This document shows, piece by piece, positions 39,401-52,600 of a stretch of DNA of 64,000 bases. Source of the DNA: Paraphysomonas bandaiensis (lineage: Eukaryota > Protista > Chrysophyceae); assembly GCA_965644295.1 (NCBI GenBank), contig CBFFRP010000215.1:95532-159531 (forward strand), read 5' to 3'. Each line of letters starts with the position of its first letter. The first letter of the stretch is position 1. The notes under the pieces are model-generated. The model saw only the letters and a program-made list of their open reading frames with translations. It was not told where the DNA came from and searched no databases. The position numbers were made by a program, and so were the translations under genes.

Positions 39401-40261
39401 CATAAATCTCAACCTCACTTCCTCCAACTCTGTATAAATCGGTTGTAGTGGTCAAAGCGGAGGTCTGTGGCACATGTCAAAACGATTATATAGAAGATGA
39501 TAATGTAGTACAAAACAGGTGCAAGACAATGCTTCACCTGTGTCCATTTCTTGGCATCCGGTTTGGTGGCCTCGTACAAATACAGCGTACCCGAACCGGA
39601 GCCTGTGCCATTGCAGTTCATGCAGCCCACCACTGCCTTATGCCTAGTGTGTGGATCAATATCCATTGCCCAGCCATAATAAGAATACTCGTTATACTCC
39701 GGAGGCGGGCTCAACACCTTTACACATGAACGTAAAACATATTACGCGGTACTCATACATAGAGAAGCAAGTAACTTAGTAGGAAAAGGTTACATTCAAT
39801 AGTCGAAAACTAACAGCTCAGATACGTCATGCACCTACCTGAGCTATCGTCCATGAGGCAAATGATCCAGTGTAACTGTACACATTTCCCCCAAATTGTG
39901 TATTCGATGCGCTGACCCAGAGAACATTATCGATAACTTTGTCAGTAACGTAAGCAATATCACGTCCCATTACATCTTCATTAGGCTCTTGCAGAGTAGT
40001 TAATGGCGCAGTCCCACTGCTAGGTAATAATAACCCCGTCTCACCACTGTACTGACCCCCCTCTGTCTCCGTATACCACACATCAACAGTAGATCCAGAT
40101 TCTTGATCAGCAGAGAAGAAACCATTTGATCCACGATGACGAAAGAACTCAACTACTAATGGATCAGTGGTGACGGGATCTCCAGTTGTTTGTATGAATG
40201 GAGTGAATGTTGTTGAGATTACTTGACTTATCCCCAGTATAATAGAGAATAAGATCAACAT
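36416..40261 (-). CDS. Type I membrane protein with FG-GAP-like beta-propeller repeats (multi-exon; exact boundaries approximate)
   Basis: Signal peptide MLILFSIILGISQVIST. Repeats such as GFGSVVSLDGNRMVVG, YYGWAMDID, GTLYLYE, GAVHVF, WSLQQ/WTQQQ. DHFGDGWD motif. Transmembrane segment TFTVLSVTGFVVLAAVCTIVIFMAY followed by KK and a Ser-rich tail. Confidence 0.7.
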
Positions 40262-40904
40262 ATTCAAACTATTCGCCGACAAGTTAATATTGTTGGCTAG
40301 TTTCTGATTATATATAATCAATTCTACATATATGGCGACACAGCGGCCTTAATAACTATACGCACTCTTAGGTACAGTGTATGGTATGGTATGTATGGGG
40401 GTGTTTATGTATGGGTACTCTCAGTATATACAGGGCCGAGGGTGTGTCAGAGGGCCGCAAATATTAAGTATACATAGAAATACGGTGACTGTATACTAGG
40501 TATATGTATGTATTTTTCAGTTTTGAGGATTATGTTTGTCATCACGAGCAGCAGGGAGTCGAGTATTGTATCTCTATGTATACAGCAGTATAACCTGATT
40601 GGATCACCACAGATGACCATCTATATACACATATGGCCGTCTGTCAATAATACGCTGTATGCCAGTAGGGTATTATAACTGATGGGAAGAACTCTGTGGA
40701 CATATATATATATATGTATATGTATGTATATGTATATGTGTATGTGTATATACATTAATATATAACACATTGCAAACATGTTATTGCCATGATGGTCCAT
40801 ACTACCCCTCTGTATCATTTCTACCACTGATATGTTGTAGTGTTTGACAGTATATCATCAGTTGTTAGTTGTTGAGTGTTAGTGTACCGTCACCTGTATC
40901 TAGT

Positions 40905-42580
40905 ATGGGAGGTATAGTGGCCCCTCAAGTGGTATATGAGGAAGATGTTCCTGAAATTGATATGAAATGCTATGAAGAAGAATATTCAATATTAGGCTTG
41001 AAGAGAAAACAAATACTTCAACTTTACTCTGTGTTCAAAGACATATGCTCTGACAGTGACTGCAGTGCTGCTATTAGTGTCAATGATATACTCCACAATT
41101 ATTTTGGTGTAGAGAATAACACTTTTACTGCAGCTATATTCACGAGTTTTGATGTTGACTTGTATACAGTACATGATATTGACTTTGCTCGCTTTTTACA
41201 AGCAATGTGGAACTATTGTACTTTGGATGACACGGGCTTGTGTGCATGTATTTTCAATCTCTACGACAAGCATGACGAGGGTTATATACATAAGCGAGAC
41301 ATATGTGGCATGCTTACTGATCTGTATGGTACTGACTTTGAGAATTGCGAAGAGGCACAAATGTATATCTTTCTCTCTTGAACTTGTAATCTGTTAACAC
41401 TTGTCATAGTACGCGAAAGGAAATCGAGGAAAACCGACGCAGGCACGTAGATTACGACAATTTTGAAAAGCTAGCGGGAATATACCCTGCTTTACTCTAT
41501 CCAGCTTTTGTCTACCAGCATGTTTTACGAGAAAAAGTTCTAGGTATGGTTTGCTTCAGTTTTCATGACAGTGTATCGTAGCACCCATAGGTTTTGTATG
41601 TTGTATTGTGCGAAGGGTATTCTATTCATTCTCCCTTGTGTGTTGTTCGCTAGGAGAGAAATTTTGGAAACCACTCGAGACATATAGATTGCAACAAATG
41701 CCCTCAAAAGAGATAAAGTACGTTCCTGTTCGCGTGCTTCTTATGTCGCGTACGGACCGCTTAGCCATCAAGCGGTATATAGAGAATAGAGAGCAGATAA
41801 GTGCGATGAAGATAGCAACCCTCAGGTAGTCAAAGAAATATATGTATTGACATGTTTTTATAGATAAATACTTCTTCTGTTGTTCTTATGGTGCTGTGTG
41901 CAGGAGTATGGGCAGTATGAAGCTGACGTAAGTATTATAGTGTAGAGAAATGACTTGGCTCTTTCGAGTAACTTATTTTGTCACAGACGTGATGGGAGAG
42001 GTAGTCAGTCTGACGTTGAAACTAGTACGAATCCACCCTCCACCCCCCCATCAGCGGCTCAGAAACGGTTTAACTCGCCACATGCACATAAACATCCATC
42101 AATGAATGGTACTCTATTATCATCAATGTATAGGTGTGAATTTTCGTGGTATCGGTATACGGTATCTAATTAGTAAATCATTAGGGGCATGAAGCGAAGT
42201 CTGTCCGGTGTAGAAAAAGAAAAACTATCGTTCGATTTTAAGCCAGCTCGGACTCGCTTGCTTGGAGATGGCACAATATCAGAGACTAAAGAAAAGTTTG
42301 TACACGTTTTGATTGATTCCGTTCTCTAACTTTAACTATTTTTGTCAGTGGGGACGAATCCACTGTAGACGTGTCTAAAACCTCAACCTCATTTGGTTTG
42401 AAATATCAATATATGTATGCCTTTTGTTTCTCATCATACTCTGAACTTACATATTGTCGTAGATGGTACGCTGATGCTTACGAAAGATTTAAAAATGCCG
42501 TATTTTCGAGTACGCCGACAAGTACGGGAAAATTAAGGAAACTAAAGAGCATAACGGTATCTGTTAATCCGAAAGATTGA
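40905..42580 (+). CDS. EF-hand protein (calcineurin B/recoverin-like, N-terminal MG), multi-exon
   Basis: MGGIVAP..., IDFARFL..WNYCT, FNLYDKHDEGYI..DICGMLTDLYG, YPALLYPAF.YQH.LREKVLGEKFW. The 3' exon structure is approximate. Confidence 0.7.
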
Positions 42581-44606
42581 ATCTTCTACATGTGTACAGC
42601 GACTGATTATTACGTATTTGTATAATATTTTTTGATCTACAGTACATCGCGACGTGCGTAATAATGATAAGCTTTATTGGCATTGAAGTGTCAGTGTGCT
42701 CTTCGAAGCGATGTTTCGGCAGTATTGTAAACTAATCGACATTCTACCCCACCTGTGTTTAGAAAGGTGAATTGTTGCTTTAGGTGTCAACTTTAGTGGG
42801 AATTAATATCTTGTCAGAGAACGGTGTACAAGTAGTACTGAACATTATACTATTATATAGTGGCCATTATTTTTAAGGATTGTTAATCCAAATTAGAAGC
42901 TACGGTTACTCTATCTACTCTACAAGGAAGCTAATAAATTCAACGAGATAACCTTTCCAATCCCCAAGTACCAACTCGCAACCAACAGTGGAATGAAATA
43001 AGAATTAGAACTCTTTCCTATCCATATACCATTCGAGTTAGTAATTATAGATTCTAATTTACATGGAATTCTACTTATATCAGTCTCAAAGGAGTGCTTT
43101 TTTTACCGGCACGTAGATCTGGTTTACCGAGTCGGAAAGTTTGCTTTTAAAATTATTTTTTCAGTATTTGTAGTAGCTACTCTCAAGAGAACTTAAAATG
43201 TTTAACAAAGTCGGATACAAAGTTTGATAAGTTGTACTGGTATATCTGTTTGACAGACTTAAATAATCCGCCTCTTTTCAGTGGATAATGGATAACATCT
43301 GGGGAATAAACCCACTGAGAAAAGAGAAAGAAACAGTAGACTATCTGCTGAAGTATACACATTCATGATAGCATATACATGGACAACGGATATGACACTT
43401 CAGGGCGTATCAGTAAGCATGCATCAGATTTGGATACATAATTTGCAAGCCTTCTGACGTTGTGATAGATACTTGAGGTAACATATTTTATTTTTAGAAT
43501 TAGTAAACCGTAATTTTTGGTACTACAAAAGTTGCTACACTCTAATCAAGTTGAGATGGATGAGCATTGACACCATCATATTAAACAATACTTACAAACC
43601 TACTGCATGATATATATATACAATGTCACACTTTATCTTCCACAGACGCATTGCAAAGTAGTATATCACACCAATATATCCCATTTATACTTAGCTACCA
43701 CATATACAGTCGGTACAACAGGTTTAGTAGTATATTGATAGACATCCCCAGAGAGCCTCCATTGATAGAGTGCAAAGTATGGGCATCACGTTTCGGAGCA
43801 ACGCTTTCGCAGACTTTCTGCATGCAAATCGCACCATAATCATAAGAGAATGTGAGCGCTTTCCATTAAATATTGTGAATAATTCCGCTATAGAACTCAA
43901 AACAAAACAATGACAGTTCACATAAAGAATATTATTAGGTCTCCCTGATGTCTGTGCCGGTTATAGTAGTAAGCACATCATATCCATCATACTGACAACT
44001 GATTGACTCATCATCTACACATTTACGTGTCGGTTGATGTAGACAGCAGAGTGATATATATCAGTATATAATGTAATGGGATTGATACGGTGAGCATGTA
44101 TATATATGAGATCTATATACGGGCTACACGACTGATGTTCATGGAATCCCTTTCATAGAGCAAAGAAGGGAAGTATGGAAGTGTTGGAGGGCATGACTGA
44201 GACAGAAGGTCAGTTGAACCATTAAATATCAGTACAAGTTGCATGGACGATATACTGTACATGTATGTACAATAGCAGTTGTGCAACCATACAACTTTTA
44301 GCTACCGATATGGGAGGTTTTAGATAGGAAAAGTGGAGGTTTTCTTGAAAGAAAATTATTGGTAAGATATATTGCCCAATAATAAAACGTTATTACAATA
44401 TACGATCGAATTATTGGATGATTGTACGGATGGTAGAGGCAATTTTACGTTGAAAATTAGAGTAGAAAGCTGCAGAAAACTGCACCCTGTTGTCCTCACC
44501 TATGCACTCTACCCTCATACTATACATACATACAGGGAGGGTCACTCCTCTGCTCTCTACATTAATATACATACATATACATCAGCAGTGCAGACTCTGT
44601 GGAGTC

Positions 44607-45843
44607 ATGTCACCATGTTATCTCCATGGGACAGTGAAAGCACTCGTTAGACCCTTCCTCCTTCTCCTTCTCCTCTCCCTCTCGCCTCTATCTAGTGGAT
44701 ATATGCGTATGGGTTATAAACAAGATGAGTTCGCATTCACTACAAGCGAATTACGTATGCAGATATTAGAGGACATGATCAGCGATACGCCCATGCATAA
44801 CTACACTCAACAAGACTTGGATTTACTATTCGGAGTGTACAGGAAGCTCGGTGTGTTGGTAGCATTTGAGAAGGAAGCCAGTGGACGACCGTTTCTTACA
44901 CATGCGATTGGGACAGCTAGCTGTGCTCTGAGGTTTGGATTACCCCCCCTATACGCCGCTGCTATGATGGGACATGGGACTTATACTAAAAAGTGGGTCA
45001 CAGCGAATGATTTCTGGAAGAAAGAAATGGATGTGTGTGAATTACGGCGTGTCGTATCTGCTTTTTCGTCTGTAGAATTGGAGCGAATCATCTATATGTG
45101 GACTATGCTACATTATAATGGCGAAGAATCTCATGAAATATGGCGAGAACTTTATAATAAACTCCAGAACGACATCAATGCTGTTGACCAGGAAATTAAG
45201 AATCTTTTAGTCATGAGCATATGTGATACGATCGAAACGCATCAAAATGGAGAGCAGTGGTGGTCATATGGGGAGAAGAAAAACACGGGAAAAAATGGCC
45301 ATCATGACATGGTACGTATAATTGGGCTGCTATTGGGAGGCAAGTACTCTAGTATTGTCTCTAACGCATTCCACACGACGGCTGAACTATACAGTGAGAG
45401 GTAAGTGATTCAGTATGGTGAGATGTTTCATCTGGTGGCATGCTCAACAATTATTTGTTTTTGTTATAATTGTTTCAATTGTATGATGTTGATGTGAAGT
45501 GAACGCTATTCATAACTGTTTTTCTTCCAGACTTTCGTCGACATCAGCGCACCATGCCAAGTCCGTCGATGCCATTCGTATGCTCAGCATTGCTGCTACG
45601 GGCAGTAGTTATATCAAGGAAAGGGCTGTTGAGTGCAACTCACACTTTGATGTGCAAAGAGACTGGATAAAATCGAACCCAATTTCATTTGCATCTAATT
45701 TCGCGACAGTCAAATCCAATATTGATGGAAGGTGCGATTTACAGTCAATGACTCGAGACGACCTTGTGGAGTACGTTAACAAGGTACAACCGCTACTAAA
45801 TTTCAGTGACGTGCGAAGCGCCCGTATTCTATCCCTAAACTAG
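44607..45843 (+). CDS. Bacterial-type HD-like (DUF6817-like) domain protein with a predicted signal peptide
   Basis: Hydrophobic leader LVRPFLLLLLLSLSPLSSG. Core motif ASGRPFLTHAIGTASCALRFGLPPLYAAAMMGHGTY. One phase-2 intron 45401-45530 (GTAAGT...TTCCAG) joins the two ORFs. Confidence 0.68.
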
Positions 45844-46112
45844 AGTGTATCCTTGTTCTTTGAGGTACGTTGGTGTGCCGAGTTGTTTGCCAATATTGAA
45901 AACTATATAGTGAGTCTCCTACAATTTTTACCTTAAATTGTTAAATATACTAAAGTTCTGAAGACCACTGATGTTGAAAAACATATTTGTAGTAGAGCTA
46001 TACGTATATGTTATGCCACTTCATTAAATGAGTGATGAATAATATCTCATATATTATATAATTTTTCTGTTTAATGTGTTTATCTAAGCTTTCTTACTAA
46101 GTTCTGTTGGAA

Positions 46113-46412
46113 TACGTATGGTTCTCTAAGATAGTACTGTAGAATACGTTAAATACAATGTGAAAAACAGTAATACGTAGTCAATAGTCAAAGGTGCTAT
46201 ATAGCTATAACTGTGAAACTGAAGTATTATATCATGACGATTCAAGATACGGAAGTTGAGCAGTGGTTGACATGAAAGAAATAATTTATCATGTTGTTGA
46301 CATGTGTTACATGACAACACACACAATTGTGTATACAATCATAATAAAGTAATCTATCTAGTTTGACTAACTTAAACTTCTCTTACAACGATCTTAATCA
46401 TCTGAAAATGGT
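46113..46412 (+). repeat. Dispersed repeat, copy 2 (paralogous to 23221-23480)
   Basis: Same collinear blocks as 23221-23480; lies about 200 bp left of the satellite start. Confidence 0.8.
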
Positions 46413-46615
46413 CAATTGTCAATAAGTTCAACTACTAATTACGTCTTTATCTAACAAAATCTACTGTCCTACAAGTTAACGCTATTACTACTTGTGTGTC
46501 ACCACAACCACCAAGATGCAACATTTAAAGCACATAATCTCCACCATTGAGTGTTGGAAAACATAAGTAGACATACACTACATCTACTTCAACTTCGACA
46601 GCACATATTATGTAA

Positions 46616-49600
46616 GTACATGCAATCAACCTGAGACACATGCGTCAGTGGATGTATGAATATTGTTATATAATATACGACAGATTGATTAGTACTATCG
46701 AATGGCGTTACCATACAATGTTCATGTGATATTGTTGCAAATTTCTATACCCTGCCTCTCATCATCAGGAGTGGCTAGGCTGTTGGCATTGCGTACGATA
46801 CATTATCATAAAAGAACTCATACCGGTAAACAAAGAGGATCAATATCCATAAACCAAGTCCAATACTGGTATCGGCTGATCCCAATAGGAAAATACACAC
46901 CCGACGGCCAGGCCACACATGTACCAGATTGCACATGACTAACAACTGCAGACACATATAGATTGTATGTAAGTCACTCTGAAATCTAAATTTCACATCA
47001 AATACATTCAGATCCCTAGAGTACTGTTAATGTTGCTCACCACTGCCATCATCAGGCATATATTCACCAGTCAAATATATAATACATTGACAAGTATGTA
47101 TAGCGAGCTAGAAGTGTATAACTATATCGCAAACAACAGAGTGATTTCTTACCACCGTCATTGTAAACGACATCTACGTCAGACATACTCAATACCCCAA
47201 ATCATAAGCATCGATGAAGATCCTCATTAGTGCTCGTTGTACATACAATCAACCTGAGACACATGCGTCAGTGGATGTATGAATATTGTTATATAATATA
47301 CGACAGATTGATTAGTACTATCGAATGGCGTTACCATACAATGTTCATGTGATATTGTTGCAAATTTCTATACCCTGCCTCTCATCATCAGGAGTGGCTA
47401 GGCTGTTGGCATTGCGTACGATACATTATCATAAAAGAACTCATACCGGTAAACAAAGAGGATCAATATCCATAAACCAAGTCCAATACTGGTATCGGCT
47501 GATCCCAATAGGAAAATACACACCCGACGGCCAGGCCACACATGTACCAGATTGCACATGACTAACAACTGCAGACACATATAGATTGTATGTAAGTCAC
47601 TCTGAAATCTAAATTTCACATCAAATACATTCAGATCCCTAGAGTACTGTTAATGTTGCTCACCACTGCCATCATCAGGCATATATTCACCAGTCAAATA
47701 TATAATACATTGACAAGTATGTATAGCGAGCTAGAAGTGTATAACTATATCGCAAACAACAGAGTGATTTCTTACCACCGTCATTGTAAACGACATCTAC
47801 GTCAGACATACTCAATACCCCAAATCATAAGCATCGATGAAGATCCTCATTAGTGCTCGTTGTACATACAATCAACCTGAGACACATGCGTCAGTGGATG
47901 TATGAATATTGTTATATAATATACGACAGATTGATTAGTACTATCGAATGGCGTTACCATACAATGTTCATGTGATATTGTTGCAAATTTCTATACCCTG
48001 CCTCTCATCATCAGGAGTGGCTAGGCTGTTGGCATTGCGTACGATACATTATCATAAAAGAACTCATACCGGTAAACAAAGAGGATCAATATCCATAAAC
48101 CAAGTCCAATACTGGTATCGGCTGATCCCAATAGGAAAATACACACCCGACGGCCAGGCCACACATGTACCAGATTGCACATGACTAACAACTGCAGACA
48201 CATATAGATTGTATGTAAGTCACTCTGAAATCTAAATTTCACATCAAATACATTCAGATCCCTAGAGTACTGTTAATGTTGCTCACCACTGCCATCATCA
48301 GGCATATATTCACCAGTCAAATATATAATACATTGACAAGTATGTATAGCGAGCTAGAAGTGTATAACTATATCGCAAACAACAGAGTGATTTCTTACCA
48401 CCGTCATTGTAAACGACATCTACGTCAGACATACTCAATACCCCAAATCATAAGCATCGATGAAGATCCTCATTAGTGCTCGTTGTACATACAATCAACC
48501 TGAGACACATGCGTCAGTGGATGTATGAATATTGTTATATAATATACGACAGATTGATTAGTACTATCGAATGGCGTTACCATACAATGTTCATGTGATA
48601 TTGTTGCAAATTTCTATACCCTGCCTCTCATCATCAGGAGTGGCTAGGCTGTTGGCATTGCGTACGATACATTATCATAAAAGAACTCATACCGGTAAAC
48701 AAAGAGGATCAATATCCATAAACCAAGTCCAATACTGGTATCGGCTGATCCCAATAGGAAAATACACACCCGACGGCCAGGCCACACATGTACCAGATTG
48801 CACATGACTAACAACTGCAGACACATATAGATTGTATGTAAGTCACTCTGAAATCTAAATTTCACATCAAATACATTCAGATCCCTAGAGTACTGTTAAT
48901 GTTGCTCACCACTGCCATCATCAGGCATATATTCACCAGTCAAATATATAATACATTGACAAGTATGTATAGCGAGCTAGAAGTGTATAACTATATCGCA
49001 AACAACAGAGTGATTTCTTACCACCGTCATTGTAAACGACATCTACGTCAGACATACTCAATACCCCAAATCATAAGCATCGATGAAGATCCTCATTAGT
49101 GCTCGTTGTACATACAATCAACCTGAGACACATGCGTCAGTGGATGTATGAATATTGTTATATAATATACGACAGATTGATTAGTACTATCGAATGGCGT
49201 TACCATACAATGTTCATGTGATATTGTTGCAAATTTCTATACCCTGCCTCTCATCATCAGGAGTGGCTAGGCTGTTGGCATTGCGTACGATACATTATCA
49301 TAAAAGAACTCATACCGGTAAACAAAGAGGATCAATATCCATAAACCAAGTCCAATACTGGTATCGGCTGATCCCAATAGGAAAATACACACCCGACGGC
49401 CAGGCCACACATGTACCAGATTGCACATGACTAACAACTGCAGACACATATAGATTGTATGTAAGTCACTCTGAAATCTAAATTTCACATCAAATACATT
49501 CAGATCCCTAGAGTACTGTTAATGTTGCTCACCACTGCCATCATCAGGCATATATTCACCAGTCAAATATATAATACATTGACAAGTATGTATAGCGAGC

Positions 49601-52600
49601 TAGAAGTGTATAACTATATCGCAAACAACAGAGTGATTTCTTACCACCGTCATTGTAAACGACATCTACGTCAGACATACTCAATACCCCAAATCATAAG
49701 CATCGATGAAGATCCTCATTAGTGCTCGTTGTACATACAATCAACCTGAGACACATGCGTCAGTGGATGTATGAATATTGTTATATAATATACGACAGAT
49801 TGATTAGTACTATCGAATGGCGTTACCATACAATGTTCATGTGATATTGTTGCAAATTTCTATACCCTGCCTCTCATCATCAGGAGTGGCTAGGCTGTTG
49901 GCATTGCGTACGATACATTATCATAAAAGAACTCATACCGGTAAACAAAGAGGATCAATATCCATAAACCAAGTCCAATACTGGTATCGGCTGATCCCAA
50001 TAGGAAAATACACACCCGACGGCCAGGCCACACATGTACCAGATTGCACATGACTAACAACTGCAGACACATATAGATTGTATGTAAGTCACTCTGAAAT
50101 CTAAATTTCACATCAAATACATTCAGATCCCTAGAGTACTGTTAATGTTGCTCACCACTGCCATCATCAGGCATATATTCACCAGTCAAATATATAATAC
50201 ATTGACAAGTATGTATAGCGAGCTAGAAGTGTATAACTATATCGCAAACAACAGAGTGATTTCTTACCACCGTCATTGTAAACGACATCTACGTCAGACA
50301 TACTCAATACCCCAAATCATAAGCATCGATGAAGATCCTCATTAGTGCTCGTTGTACATACAATCAACCTGAGACACATGCGTCAGTGGATGTATGAATA
50401 TTGTTATATAATATACGACAGATTGATTAGTACTATCGAATGGCGTTACCATACAATGTTCATGTGATATTGTTGCAAATTTCTATACCCTGCCTCTCAT
50501 CATCAGGAGTGGCTAGGCTGTTGGCATTGCGTACGATACATTATCATAAAAGAACTCATACCGGTAAACAAAGAGGATCAATATCCATAAACCAAGTCCA
50601 ATACTGGTATCGGCTGATCCCAATAGGAAAATACACACCCGACGGCCAGGCCACACATGTACCAGATTGCACATGACTAACAACTGCAGACACATATAGA
50701 TTGTATGTAAGTCACTCTGAAATCTAAATTTCACATCAAATACATTCAGATCCCTAGAGTACTGTTAATGTTGCTCACCACTGCCATCATCAGGCATATA
50801 TTCACCAGTCAAATATATAATACATTGACAAGTATGTATAGCGAGCTAGAAGTGTATAACTATATCGCAAACAACAGAGTGATTTCTTACCACCGTCATT
50901 GTAAACGACATCTACGTCAGACATACTCAATACCCCAAATCATAAGCATCGATGAAGATCCTCATTAGTGCTCGTTGTACATACAATCAACCTGAGACAC
51001 ATGCGTCAGTGGATGTATGAATATTGTTATATAATATACGACAGATTGATTAGTACTATCGAATGGCGTTACCATACAATGTTCATGTGATATTGTTGCA
51101 AATTTCTATACCCTGCCTCTCATCATCAGGAGTGGCTAGGCTGTTGGCATTGCGTACGATACATTATCATAAAAGAACTCATACCGGTAAACAAAGAGGA
51201 TCAATATCCATAAACCAAGTCCAATACTGGTATCGGCTGATCCCAATAGGAAAATACACACCCGACGGCCAGGCCACACATGTACCAGATTGCACATGAC
51301 TAACAACTGCAGACACATATAGATTGTATGTAAGTCACTCTGAAATCTAAATTTCACATCAAATACATTCAGATCCCTAGAGTACTGTTAATGTTGCTCA
51401 CCACTGCCATCATCAGGCATATATTCACCAGTCAAATATATAATACATTGACAAGTATGTATAGCGAGCTAGAAGTGTATAACTATATCGCAAACAACAG
51501 AGTGATTTCTTACCACCGTCATTGTAAACGACATCTACGTCAGACATACTCAATACCCCAAATCATAAGCATCGATGAAGATCCTCATTAGTGCTCGTTG
51601 TACATACAATCAACCTGAGACACATGCGTCAGTGGATGTATGAATATTGTTATATAATATACGACAGATTGATTAGTACTATCGAATGGCGTTACCATAC
51701 AATGTTCATGTGATATTGTTGCAAATTTCTATACCCTGCCTCTCATCATCTATACCCTGCCTCTCATCATCAGGAGTGGCTAGGCTGTTGGCATTGCGTA
51801 CGATACATTATCATAAAAGAACTCATACCGGTAAACAAAGAGGATCAATATCCATAAACCAAGTCCAATACTGGTATCGGCTGATCCCAATAGGAAAATA
51901 CACACCCGACGGCCAGGCCACACATGTACCAGATTGCACATGACTAACAACTGCAGACACATATAGATTGTATGTAAGTCACTCTGAAATCTAAATTTCA
52001 CATCAAATACATTCAGATCCCTAGAGTACTGTTAATGTTGCTCACCACTGCCATCATCAGGCATATATTCACCAGTCAAATATATAATACATTGACAAGT
52101 ATGTATAGCGAGCTAGAAGTGTATAACTATATCGCAAACAACAGAGTGATTTCTTACCACCGTCATTGTAAACGACATCTACGTCAGACATACTCAATAC
52201 CCCAAATCATAAGCATCGATGAAGATCCTCATTAGTGCTCGTTGTACATACAATCAACCTGAGACACATGCGTCAGTGGATGTATGAATATTGTTATATA
52301 ATATACGACAGATTGATTAGTACTATCGAATGGCGTTACCATACAATGTTCATGTGATATTGTTGCAAATTTCTATACCCTGCCTCTCATCATCAGGAGT
52401 GGCTAGGCTGTTGGCATTGCGTACGATACATTATCATAAAAGAACTCATACCGGTAAACAAAGAGGATCAATATCCATAAACCAAGTCCAATACTGGTAT
52501 CGGCTGATCCCAATAGGAAAATACACACCCGACGGCCAGGCCACACATGTACCAGATTGCACATGACTAACAACTGCAGACACATATAGATTGTATGTAA

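Noticed and set aside
47179-47227. GCATCGATGAAGA (47208-47220) in each unit matches the conserved 5.8S rRNA motif; on the minus strand it sits between ATGAGGA and CTGA like a box C/D guide
   Set aside because: Only 13 nt match and the flanks are unrelated to 5.8S, so this is not rDNA. The C-to-D span is only about 49 nt with an imperfect C box. A 13-mer match to some rRNA segment is plausible by chance. An Infernal/snoscan run would settle it.
46616-47238. 5S rRNA, tRNA, snRNA, spliced-leader or histone tandem gene unit
   Set aside because: No 5S, tRNA A/B-box, Sm-site/snRNA or histone signature was recognised on either strand by eye.
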